Of a DNA stretch of 64,000 bases, positions 50,610 through 61,930 are shown one piece after another. This stretch comes from Felis catus (taxonomy: Eukaryota), in contig NC_058368.1 of NCBI RefSeq assembly GCF_018350175.1, positions 3,162,001 through 3,226,000 on the forward strand, written 5' to 3'. A program made the translations under genes and the position numbers. Numbering within the stretch: position 1 is the first letter of the stretch; each line of letters opens with the position of its first letter. The notes under the pieces are model-generated. The model saw only the letters and a program-made list of their open reading frames with translations. It had not been told where the DNA came from and ran no database searches.

Positions 50610-50970
50610 CTTGACCTCATAAGGACTGCACCTGACCTTCTCCGCTTGGCCTGGTGTTCTCTTCGTAGCAATGTGCACACGTGAGGGCCCTCCCTGTCCC
50701 TCCTGTTCCACTGTAAACATCACCACCGAGAATTCTTTCCAGTCTCCACCAGCCGACTGCCCCTCTCCTATCCCCTTCTTGTAAATCTCAGCACAACCCT
50801 GGGACACGACCACCGCACTCGCTCCCTGCCTACTGGGTTGTTTGTTCCCAGTTCGCATTCATGGAAATATAATCTCGGCGAGAGCACAAACGCGGCCTGA
50901 TTCCCGACCACTGTGTCCCAGTACCTACAATATCGCCTAGAAGGTATCCGAGGACTTGATGGATGACTAC
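50610..50970 (+). mobile_element. L2 3' fragment
   Basis: aatataatctcggcgagagcacaaacgcggcctgattcccgaccactgtgtcccagtaccta. Confidence 0.55.
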
Positions 50971-51374
50971 ACGGCTGTCTCTAACTGGCCGAGACAGAGC
51001 TAAATATAGGGGAGGGTTAGGGTCGTAGAAAAACATCGAGCCTGGTGTTTGCCCTCAGAACTTGTAATCCAGCACCTGGCGTGAAAAAGGCATATGGGAC
51101 TAGAATTAGATTAAGACTGTGGGGCTAGATTTAGCAGCTACTAAAAATAAGTATTAATATATAAATTTGGATGTTAGCAAATCCATTCCAGATCTTTCAA
51201 CTAATTTTGCATGTAGACGTAAACTTATAATACGCTGTCTTTAAAAATACCACATAGCAAGGAGTTAACTATAAAGCAAGTTTGAAAGAATGCTATGCCC
51301 ACACTTTAAAGCCTTTCTTGAGGCAGAAAAGTAGGAATTAGTGAGGTATTTATGAGAAGCCTTAAAGCGTTCTG

Positions 51375-51500
51375 ACAGAGACAGAGAGAAACAGAGAGAA
51401 AGGAAGAGAGAGAGAGAGGGAGGGGAGGAAAGAGATAAGGGGAGATAGACGGAGAGAGAAACAGAGAGAGAGGATGAGAAAGAGAGGAAAACCAAGAAAA
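51375..51500. repeat. GA-rich low-complexity tract
   Basis: Direct reading. Confidence 0.85.
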
Positions 51501-51929
51501 CAGATGCCAGGGATCTCGGGGAGATCGACCCATGTCCCTTTGACAATCGGGATTCCTATTGTACTTTTTATGGTGCACCTTGTTCCCACCGTATGATTTG
51601 CCACAGATGACAAAGAGCACGTCTGCTGAGTGAGGGGCGGTGGGACCCGAGTCCGAAGGAGGGAGCGTGATCAGGCAACAGTCCCAAACAGAACCTACAT
51701 TAGGCATGTTAGGCCTCAGAACCCGCTGGAGCCTGTGACGGGGGTCACTCTACAGACCTGCTAAGGCCCCATTAGGCATTCTTTCTTCAGAGCGAGTTGA
51801 TGCTACTAAAATTTCTATTTTTTAGGATCTTAACATGAATCCAAAGACCAGTGTGAAATTCTCAGTATCATAGGAAACTTCATTAATCAACCTTTCAGGG
51901 AAAACGTAAAATTAGAGCAATGTTTTTAG

Positions 51930-52690
51930 TTAAATGTTTTCACTAATCATACAGAAAATACACGCCTATTCCATCAGTATGTGCTTGTTGGGTCTACGAA
52001 TTTCTGTGGGTGTTTTTTTTTTAATGTGTTAAAAAATTTAACTTTTCCAAGTATTATAATCATGAAACCAGAAACAATCACTGGTTTTTCACCACCTGCG
52101 GAGACAAACTGTAAATATTTTGATGTTCTTTCTTAGATCTCTTTTGCATATTTAAACATCATTATGATTGTATTGCTTATTGGATTTTGTGTACTGGGAT
52201 CAAATAAATTTGTGCATAAATGTTCACAGCTTTTTTACGAATGCAGAATATTATTCTCAGGTAGAAGGAGATAAAAGTTACTTAGCTACTTTGTGAATAT
52301 GGAACACATATTTCCATTTTTCCTTTTTTTTTTTTTTACATACATGTTTTAGATTATTTGCGAGTTGAGTATGTGTTTTCAATTCAAAGTGTGATTACGG
52401 ATTATCCTCTTATATTCCCAAGAGTGAAAAAAGGTAAGGAAATGTTAAGTTTCCTGATACATATTTTCAGAATGTTTTCCAAAGTTTGTGTAAAACATCG
52501 CCTCAGCAATATTTAATGAGATTCTAATTTCATCATCCATCCATCAGCATTGAATCATATCTGTAAACTACAGCTTTTAGTTTTACAAGTGAAAAAAAAA
52601 GCAGGTTTCCTCTGAATTTGAATATCTTTGTTTACATAGTGAGGTAGAATATTTTCGCGGTGTGTTTTGACTCTTTCCTCTTTTGCTGGG
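51930..52690 (-). mobile_element. Highly degenerate L1ME-like fragment
   Basis: atattcccaagagtgaaa...cctgatacatattttcagaatgttttccaaagtttgtg...tctgaatttgaatatctttgtttacatagtgagg. Confidence 0.55.
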
Positions 52691-52929
52691 TGTTAACTTG
52701 CTTTCTTGGAGATACGGTATCAGGCCACTGTTGTTCTAGTAAATGGTTCTAGCTCTCCTACTGGTCTGTAACAAATTAAAAGTCTCAGGACTTCAAATGA
52801 AAAGTTTCAGGAGCTTTGAATCATTCAAAGCTGTGAGAGTACCTAGCAGCGAAGAAAGAAATTAACTGTGCAATTTCATAGTATTAGTTCAGTTATACTT
52901 AGGCAGAATCTTACAAGTCCATGTGTTCG

Positions 52930-53160
52930 TGTATTTATTTATGTATTTATTTATCTATTTGTTTGTTTGTTTTTATTTATTTTTATTTTTTATTTTTTTC
53001 AATATATGAAGCTATTGTCAAATTGGTTTCCATACAACACCCAGTGTTCATCCCAAAAGGTGCCCTCCTCAATACCCTTCATCCACCCCCCATCAGCCCT
53101 CAGTTTGTTCTCAGTTTTTAAGAGTCTCTTATGCTTTGGCTCACTTCCACTCTGACCTCT
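52930..53160 (-). mobile_element. Felid L1 (L1_Fc-like) extreme 3' end
   Basis: ttttttcaatatatgaagctattgtcaaattggtttccatacaacacccagtgttcatcccaaaaggtgccctcctcaatacc. Confidence 0.9.
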
Positions 53161-53183
53161 TTTATTTATTTGTTTTTAAAGGA

Positions 53184-53382
53184 GGGGGATGTCTGAGCGG
53201 CTCAGTTGGCTGAGCGCCCGGCTCTTGATTTTGGCTCAGGTCATGATCCCAGGTTTGCGGGACCGATCCCTGCATTGGTCCCCACGCCGGATGTAGAGCC
53301 TGCTTGAGATTCTCTCTCTTTCCTGGGGCCCCTCCCCTGCCCATGCTCTCTCACTCTCTCTCTCAAAAAAAAAAAAAAAAAA
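53184..53382 (+). mobile_element. CAN-SINE
   Basis: ggctcagttggctgagcgcccggctcttgattttggctcagg...A18 tail. Confidence 0.92.
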
Positions 53383-54855
53383 GAGACAGGAAGATTTGAA
53401 ATAGTCTGTCCATAGTAAGACATCTAATAATCAGTATAATTAGAATTCTATGACGCTGCACTGCTTCGGAAGTACTCGTCTACGTGTGCCAGTCCCTGGT
53501 GAGAAGCAGCCTGGGTTGGACAAGGAACTGTCATAACCATCACCACAGTTTCCTGCCCACCAATCTCAATATATGAATTTTCATAGAATCCGAACTGTGC
53601 ACCAGAGCAAAAAATACAGCCAGAGCTGGCGTTACCTTTCACGTAAGAGCCCCGTTGGACTCACCAGCAAAGACAGTTTCAATTACCGTTCTGAACCTAA
53701 CGTGCTTCTCAGCAGAGAGTCAGATTTTGTTCTCCTTCAGTCCCTTTCTCTGTCTCTAAGTGCGGAATGCCGTCTCCTGCTGATATCTGCTTTTCAAGCT
53801 GGCATTTGCTACACATGTGTCAAACGTACGTGGTATTTGAAAAATGATCCTTCGTCTGGACGAGCTTTGGAAGGAGCACATTTCACAGGCTGCACACAAA
53901 GCCAGGGATGTAACGTGGGGCTGAGAGGCCCAGGAAGACGGCAGATGGTCTCGGGGCACCTGATAGGATCAGACCGGCCAGTGGGGGATTTCAAATGCTG
54001 ACATGGCTTGGCCTTTGCTTCCCCTCGCTTGGGCTGCCCCTTGACATGCTCCAGTTGATGGAACAATTCGCCCTGCTTATAACTTCATGGGCCTGAGTTG
54101 TAGACATTTGTGAAATTTAGACATCTCGAGATTCACTGCGTGCCAAAGCCCTCCAACGTTTACAGCATCATCAGACAAAAACTTTTCCATCGCCGCTCGT
54201 GAATAAGCTGACCTCTTCATATTCGCATTTTCTGGAAGTCCTGATTTTAAAATGGAAATTATTATGTCGAGAGTACCAAGAGTACTTCTCTCGGAGCAGG
54301 TATGAACGACTCTCAGGGTCCACGAGCCCCAAGACCGTCTGATAGATAAAGCGCTTACAGAAAGGCAGTGAATGACAACACAGTCCCCTTTCCCTTACCT
54401 GTCACTCACATTTAACCCCTCTTTTCCTGCATTATCTTAAGATCGGGATTGAATGAAAACTCGTATGTCTTGGCTAAGGCACCTTTATTGGATTTTTGTT
54501 TATTTAGCACCTTCATTGAGGGGTACGGAGGGGAGACTGGAAAATAATGCTAATGAAAGGAAGTTTGCAAAATTCCTCTAAAATAACTACTTGTAATGTT
54601 CTTGAATCTCTTGCACCCTTCCTGCCCTCCTTCCTTCCCTCACTTCTTCCTTGGAATTCCTTGCTTCAAAACATGCAAAAACATGAAAATTCCGTCTGTG
54701 GGTGATTGGGGTTGGCCAATACAACTGGTGATCGTATCAGCCGACCAACAAGCCCGAGTATTTTTAACAAGCAGGGGCTGAATTAGGTGCAGATTGAAAG
54801 CCTGGTTCTCTCGGTGCAGGAGTGGATGGTGTCTTTATTTAAAATTTGGACCTGT

Positions 54856-55058
54856 GGGGGGCGCTGGGGTGGCTCAGTCAGTTCAGGTCACGATCCTGTG
54901 CTTTGTGGGTTCGAGCCCCACATCGGCTCTGCACTGACAGCATGGAGCCTGCTTGGGATTCTCTGTCTCCCTCTCTCTGCCCCTTCCCCCACGTGCTCTC
55001 TGCCTCCCTGGCTCTCTGTGTTTCAAAACGAAAGTCAACACGACAAAAATTAAAAACT
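54856..55058 (+). mobile_element. CAN-SINE with small internal deletion
   Basis: ggtggctcagtcagtt|caggtcacgatc; TSD-like aaaatttgga. Confidence 0.9.
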
Positions 55059-55549
55059 AAAATTTGGATGCTTTGTTCATTACTTACGATGTTTTCGCCT
55101 TAATTTTAATTTTTAAATATTGCATTAAAATGTGTTCCTTGATTACCGAGTGTGTTGGCGTCACCGAAATCTTGTGCCGCAGGCAAATGCCTTACTTGCC
55201 TCACTGTGGGACCCTCCAGAGACAAACGCAATAGACAAAAAATTAAGACTTCCACTCAGAAGTTCAACTCACAGGCCACGTGTAAGAAGCTATGAGAGAC
55301 CCAGAAACACAAAACCCAATTCTGCAAAAGCCGCCAAGGATCACGGAGAAGGAGTGGCAGGATGAGGGTCTCCAGCTACCATTTTAGCCAAAGGATTTTA
55401 TTTGTGTTCATCTATTATCTTTTACCAAGTTCTGTGACCCATTCTGCTTCTGTGCTTTGAAATGAGAAAATACTACATATTCTGATATAATAGATTCTTT
55501 TGAATTATTTTTCCCATTTAAGAGATTCTTTTGAAATGTGGGATTATGT

Positions 55550-55574
55550 TGTGTGTGTGTGTGTGTGTGTGTGT
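55550..55574. repeat. (TG)n microsatellite
   Basis: Direct reading. Confidence 0.95.
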
Positions 55575-57995
55575 TGTGAAAAACATCTTTATTTCATACC
55601 CATTGTCTTGTTAGTATTTTACAGCTGCCCAGTTACTCCTCAGAATGCTTGACTTCTCTCAGTCACATTTGCTCCAGAAATGTCCGTGATGTATCCAAGG
55701 CCTTCTTCTTGTAAGCCCTGTGAAGCTTGAGGAATAAGTCGTATTATTCCCGAGGAATAAACAGTATCATGCCTCGTTAGTTACACACAGAGACTTTGCA
55801 CTGTGTGTCTTTGTCACTCTCACAGTGACTTCAGTTGGCGGCATGGTTACCAGGCTGGGCAGTGGGGTGGGAGTGGGGGGGGGTGCGGTTTAAATGGTTC
55901 CATTTCCAAGCACGCATCACGCTAAACCTAACGCCACGTACCTGCTTCTCACAATTGCAAACCTCTGAAAGGAGGGGGTTCTTGGGGCACAAGTCTCCGG
56001 GTGGTTGCTCTTTGTCTGATTTCAGAGGATTTCCGTGATCGCTACTCAAGTGTGTCCCTAGGAAAGATCGGAGCCAACTATTTCTCAGTTATAGGCCCCT
56101 ACTGATCTATAGCACTCTTCCAACTGTCCTGCGTGTCCTGCCCCAGACCGGAGAGAACATCCAGTAGAGTGAACTATCCCCGGGACCCCCGGTGCTGGGA
56201 AAAGGGGGAGAAACGGAGTCGTCTTCCCAACCCAGAAACAAAGGGCCGCGTAAGGCTGTGCTTCTACTCCTGCAACAGTTCAAGGCATCGATTTCTCTTC
56301 AGGGGCCACAGATGGTCAGTCTCCCCACCGCTCCACCGTCCCCCTGGAGCAGTCCTGTTGAGCCACCTGCACAGGAGAGAGTCTTTGATCACACTCTTCA
56401 TTGGACCCGCTAAGGCAGGGCTGACACCAGGTGAGTAAGTTGAAAGCGGCCCCCAGGTTTTGGACTAGCAGAGGCCCCGAAGCAAAGGTCCATCCCGAGG
56501 CCCGAGGCTTCCACATCCCAGAATGTTCGCAGAGTCTGTCTCCATCCATCACGCGCGCCCTGGCGGCTCCACTTGGAGCCTCAGATCACAAGTGCGTGTC
56601 ACCTCCTCGTGGAGCCTCGTCTGCGTGGGGCTGGGTCCTCCCCGGCGGAGGGCACATCCGTCACCCCCCCCCCCCCCGGGAGGTACGTGTCCGGGAGCAG
56701 CTGTTGCCAGCTCGCGGGGCTCAGAAGGACCGAGGGGTCCTGCCGGCCCCTCTGCCGGCTTGGTCTGCCTCGCGGCCATAAACCTAAGGAATGTCTACAC
56801 CGGGAGTTGTCAAAAAAGAAGAAGGTTGTTTTTTGCTGGAATGTCTGTGGTTTTATTTCCCCAAGATTCCCATTGTAGAAGCTTTAACTTTTATGGGTAT
56901 TTTTTGCAACCAGAAAACGGGGAGCTTTTCAATGTGGTTCTAAGATGTGGAACACCCCCCCCCCCCGGAGAAGTCTAGATTCGGTTCACCCAGAAAAATC
57001 CAAGCCGAGCGCCTTGAACTTAATCTGAACTTCTCTCTCCCCACCCCCACCCCCACCCCAATGGCAACATTTTCCACTCATAACATCACTACATTGTAAC
57101 TTTGCTCTCTGGCAACTGAGTCATTGGTGATTAGTAAAACACCGTGAAACAATGACATCATGTCTATAAAATAATCACCAAAAATGCTAAATATTAATGA
57201 CTAAGTCTCAGAATGGAATCCGAGCAACGCCAGTGGTGGCTGGGTCCGCTTGATATATTCTGATTTCGTGAAATTTAAATAGATTTGATTTCCACCTCCT
57301 CCCCCTTGCCTAATCTCGGCCGGCCCCTGGTTTCTCCACTTCCCCGGCCCCTACTCTTTCCCAAGGAGTTTGTAATAAGAAGACCTGTTCAGTTTCAAAA
57401 TCACCCCATTTGCCCTCTGATCTCTGTTGGAAGCTTTTCTCCGTTTTCAACCAGAAGCGCGGCCCTGTAGATGCAGGTAACCGCCGAAGGCCCCAGACAC
57501 GTCACAGTTCACAAGCAGTGGTAGAGAGGTATGGAAACTTTAAAGCACACGCATTGTCCAGACGAATGCAAATAAAAATCTGTCTTGCCTTCTTGGAGAG
57601 TGGAAACCGGGAACAGGGATCACAAAAGCGGCGGAATGTTCGAAGCTCACAAAGCGATGGAATGTTAGAACTGGAATCCCGTCCAACACCTTCGCGGACA
57701 CTCTTGAACATTTTTAAAACACAGTAGGCTTTTAAGCTCAAGCCAGAGTGAATTGTAAAGGAAATACCATCCGTGGGGCGAACCGTCCAAAATGCCCTGC
57801 ACCATTTACTAACTCACTGGCTCCGGGAACTCATTACTGTCGCTGGCTCTGCCATTAATCCAGAAGTTTGTATTTTGGGAAGAAACTGCATGTGCATAAT
57901 TGCAAAGCAACTAGTAAGAACGTGTTGCCCGTGTTTTCTGGTTACGTGTTCACCATGCTGCTTTCTCACTTCTCCTACGGTGATCACTTGGAGGA

Positions 57996-58043
57996 TTTCC
58001 TTCCCTCTTTCTCTCTCTCTTCCTTTTTCCTCTCTCTTCCTTT

Positions 58044-58087
<44 letters not shown>

Positions 58088-58105
58088 TCGTCCTCTTTCT
58101 TTCTT

Positions 58106-58139
<34 letters not shown>

Positions 58140-58203
58140 GTCCTCTTTCTTTCTTTTGTCCTCTTTCTTTCTCTCTCTCTTTCTTTTTCCTCTCTCTTCC
58201 TTT

Positions 58204-58243
<40 letters not shown>

Positions 58244-58333
58244 TTGTCCTCTTTCTTTCTTTCGTCCTCTTTCTTTCTTTTGTCCTCTTTCTTTCTCTCT
58301 CTCTTTCTTTTTTCTCTCTCTTCCTTTTCTTTC

Positions 58334-58365
<32 letters not shown>

Positions 58366-58634
58366 TTGTCCTCTTTCTTTCTTTTGTCCTCTTTCTTTCT
58401 TTTGTCCTCTTTCTTTCTTTCTTTTGTCCTCTTTCTTTCTTTCTTTTGTCCTCTTTCTTTCTCTCTTTCTTTTTTCTCTTTCTTCCTTTTCTTTCTTTCT
58501 TTCTTTCTTTCGTCCTCTTTCTTTCTTTCTTTCTCTCTCTCTTTCTTTTTTCTCTTTCTTTCTTTCTTTCTTTTGTCCTCTTTCTTTTGTCCTCTTTCTT
58601 TCTCTCTCTCTTTCTTTTTTCTCTCTCTTCCTTT

Positions 58635-58681
<47 letters not shown>

Positions 58682-58750
58682 CTTTCTTTCTTTCTTTCTT
58701 CCTTTTGTCCTCTTTCTTTCTCTCTCTTTCTTTTTTCTCTTTCTTCCTTT

Positions 58751-58786
<36 letters not shown>

Positions 58787-58878
58787 TCGTCCTCTCTTTC
58801 TTTCTTTCTCTCTCTTTCTTTTTCTTTTTCTTCCTTTCTCTTTCTTTCTTTCTTTCTTTCTCTCTCTCTTTCTTTTTG

Positions 58879-58921
<43 letters not shown>

Positions 58922-58975
58922 CTTTCTTTCTTTTCCTTCCTTCCTTCCTTCCTTCCTTCCTTTCTTCCTTCCTTC
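57996..58975. repeat. 980-bp complex (TTTC)n/(TC)n/(TTCC)n polypyrimidine tract
   Basis: Direct reading; no A seen, and G occurs only in recurrent GTC interruptions. Confidence 0.98.
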
Positions 58976-59119
58976 ATTAGTTTAGCATTCATGCGCTAGT
59001 CCGGTAATTTTTAGAGTATGACACAAAGCCCAAGTGTAGTACAAATGCACTTCCAGGTCTGTCATGGAGACTTGCCACCTGTCTTTATTTTACAGTAACT
59101 CGCTGGTGTATCTGTTTGG

Positions 59120-59225
59120 ATTTTATAAATTTCTAGAAGACAGGAACTCTTCTGGTCTGCCGTCCTATTTCCGATGCAAAGTAGATATTTAGTAAATATT
59201 TGTTAGAATGAATTAATGAATGCAT
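59120..59225 (+). mobile_element. L2 3' end
   Basis: agtagatatttagtaaatatttgttagaatgaattaatgaatg. Confidence 0.65.
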
Positions 59226-59270
59226 GCATTCTGTTCTTTATAACATTTTATTTTGAAAAAAATAAAGTTT

Positions 59271-59489
59271 GAGGGCGCCTGGGTGGCTCAGTTGGTTAAG
59301 CGTCTGACTCCGGCTCAGGTCATGGTCTCACGGTTCGGGAGTTTGAGCCCCGCGTCGGGCTCTGTGCTGACGGCTCAGAGCCTGGAGCCTGCTTCGGATT
59401 CTCTCTCTCTCTCTCTCTCTCTCTCTGTTCCTCCCCATTTGTACTCTGTCTCTCTCTCAAAAACAAATCAGGATTAAAAAATTTTTTTT
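59271..59489 (+). mobile_element. CAN-SINE (SINEC_Fc2-like)
   Basis: gggcgcctgggtggctcagttggttaagcgtctgac...; TSD-like aaaaaat(a/g)aagtttga. Confidence 0.95.
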
Positions 59490-60618
59490 AAAAAATGAAG
59501 TTTGAAGATTACTGTCATCCTTGCCATCCTTGAACTCTGGGATCTCTTTACGTCTAGCTAAGCTGGCTAGAAACGCATAAGCTGGCTGTGAACTCCACTA
59601 ACTCACTGCTGTGATTTCTGAATGTGGAGTACCCAGGACCGACCCCCATTATTACGCCACAGACAGTGACCATTCCGCGACTCTCATGCTGGTTTGCGTC
59701 CGTGAGTCCTGCTACAGAGTCTCTTGAACATGTGGCTATTTTAATGAGGCTAATAGATTTTGAGACTCCAAATTAAGCACCCAGAAAGGACCCAAACTGG
59801 GCTTTAACAAGATTTCTCTGTGCCCTGGCCCATCAGCATCAGGTACTCTCCGTGAGCTCTATCGGTGACCTCTTTCCTTTTCTTTGCTTCCACTTAATCA
59901 GATCGCATGTGACCTTTGGGAGCCTAGTGCTTGGATGTTGAAAAGAGTACATGAAAGGATAAACACACACACACACTTTTTGGGTACATTGCCTTCGGAG
60001 GCATATTAAAATCCCTTTGAATGCTGTTTTTTTCTCATTGAAAATATCAAGTCTGTTTTCTATATAAACAGGCATTTTCTTTTATCTTGGTGATATTGTT
60101 TTACATTCCAACCTTATGGCTTAAATATTTTATTTGTCTGAAAATCTTTTTTTTTTTTTTTTAAACAGGGGCTGATTATTTCAAACCATCTCACTCATGT
60201 CGGAAAAGAATTGTTAGTGACCTTTCTTTCAACTGAGGAGGAAGACAAATATATAACTAGTATTTTCCCCCTGTATTATTTGCAATGGTTAGTCATACAT
60301 ACTTTCTGTGGGTTCGCACCACCTGAAGTCGAGAGAGAAGAAGAAGATGACTTTTCTGAGTATCCACCCCATGTGGCATTTGCACGAAGATGCTTGCCTA
60401 TGCCACCATCTTGAGGGACAAAGAAATGATTTCAGTATTTCCGGTATTTGCAGGCTGAGTTTATCGACCCACGGGGAAATGACAGAGCAGGTACGGCATC
60501 TCTCTTCTGTTTTCGCTGGGCTCCTGAACCTCTTGTCTTGTCCCTGTCCTGCTTCCTGCCCTTTCACCCCTTCCCCATTATCTCATTCCGTAGGGATGCC
60601 CTCTCACACCCTGGCCTT

Positions 60619-60762
60619 GGGAGACAGGGGGACAGAGAATCCCAAGCAGGCTCCATGCTACCGTCACCGATCCAACACGGGGCTCAAACTCGTGAACTGT
60701 GAAATCGTGACCTGAGCCCAAATCAAGAGACATTTAACATGCTAAAGTCACCCAGGCGCCCC
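60619..60762 (-). mobile_element. CAN-SINE lacking its tail
   Basis: gacagagaatcccaagcaggctcc...gtgacctgagccc...cacccaggcgcccc. Confidence 0.88.
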
Positions 60763-60778
60763 TAATTATAATATACAG

Positions 60779-60825
60779 CAGGGATGCCAAACTTTTTCTG
60801 GAAAGGCCAAGACAGAACGTACTGC
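60779..60825. mobile_element. MER58-like terminal fragment
   Basis: cagggatgccaaactttttctggaaaggccaagacag. Confidence 0.5.
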
Positions 60826-61799
60826 TATCCAGGTCTTCCTGTCCCTGCTTCTGCTTGTAGTATTTTACCCTTAGGGTCTACACCCCCCAGATGCGATGGC
60901 TCACCATGAATCCACTCCTGCTCTCCGTTGCTTTCTGCAAACTGAGGCCTTGAACGGATGGAGAAGGAAAAGTGTCGGTGGGGTGGGAGAATTGCTGCAC
61001 TCTGGAGGCCTCGCCACATCCCTCCGTGTCAGATTCATGACCCACAGCGGAGGGCCAATCTCGGGGCCTCTCCTATTTCTGAACCGGTTCGCCTGCTCTT
61101 TGACAGCTGGGAGCTTTAGCTCCAGCTCTCTTCCGGTTGTTCAGAACTTCTCCCAGCTTCTGGAATAAATTTAATTGCTGGCCCTCATTTTTGGTCGGTG
61201 GTGTCAGAAATATATACTTCCTCTGTGTCTTTCCAGCTGCACCGCTGAGGGGTTGGGAGAGGACTTGTTAACCACATATAGAATATAATCCTGGACCCCG
61301 TTTCTTGCTCATGGCATGCCTTTCTGTACTAAGTGGCCCCGGCCTGGGGACAGAGTAGAGGCTCTGGAAGGGCACCCTCACCGATGGCAGGCCCTCAGGG
61401 GACATTATCTGTAAAGTCGTCCGTGTGGTTTTTCCAGACCTTGAGTTTCACCACATAATAGTAGCTCTGTAGATATTAATGGAGTAATAACAATACATTT
61501 TAAGTGACGCGTGAGCTATGAGTATGAGAATTTTGTCGCAGTGATGTCACCGACCTCAATAGTTGGAGAGTGTACAAAAACTGAATGTATTTGGAAAGCA
61601 GTTTTATCCTCTAAATGGGATGTGCTTGAAGAAAGCTACCACAACCTAACTTTTGTCCTTAGACACCTGGGGACTCCAGGTAGCTCTTGAATATCCATGG
61701 CAGAGTAAGAGGAAACCGAATCAGTGGGAGGACCGGTAGTGGGGTCCTGGACCTAGCTAAGCCAGACCCTCCTGCTCTAGGAAAACCCAGCACACTAGT

Positions 61800-61930
61800 C
61801 CACTTAATTTAGAGATTATTCCCAAATTTGATTGTAGAGACGACGGGTGAGGCATAGGGGCACAAAGTAAAGAGACTTATCTGAGGTCACAGGTTAGTGT
61901 CAGAGATTGGACTAGACCCTAGGTGAACGG
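61800..61930 (-). mobile_element. MIR fragment
   Basis: gggtgaggcataggggcacaaagtaaagagacttatctgaggtcacaggttagtgtcagag. Confidence 0.6.

Noticed and set aside
57773..58999. Longest ORFs (408, 392, 370 and 179 aa; F/L/S-rich or K/E/R-rich)
   Set aside because: Artefacts of the polypyrimidine tract: the + strand lacks A and the - strand lacks T, so stop codons cannot occur
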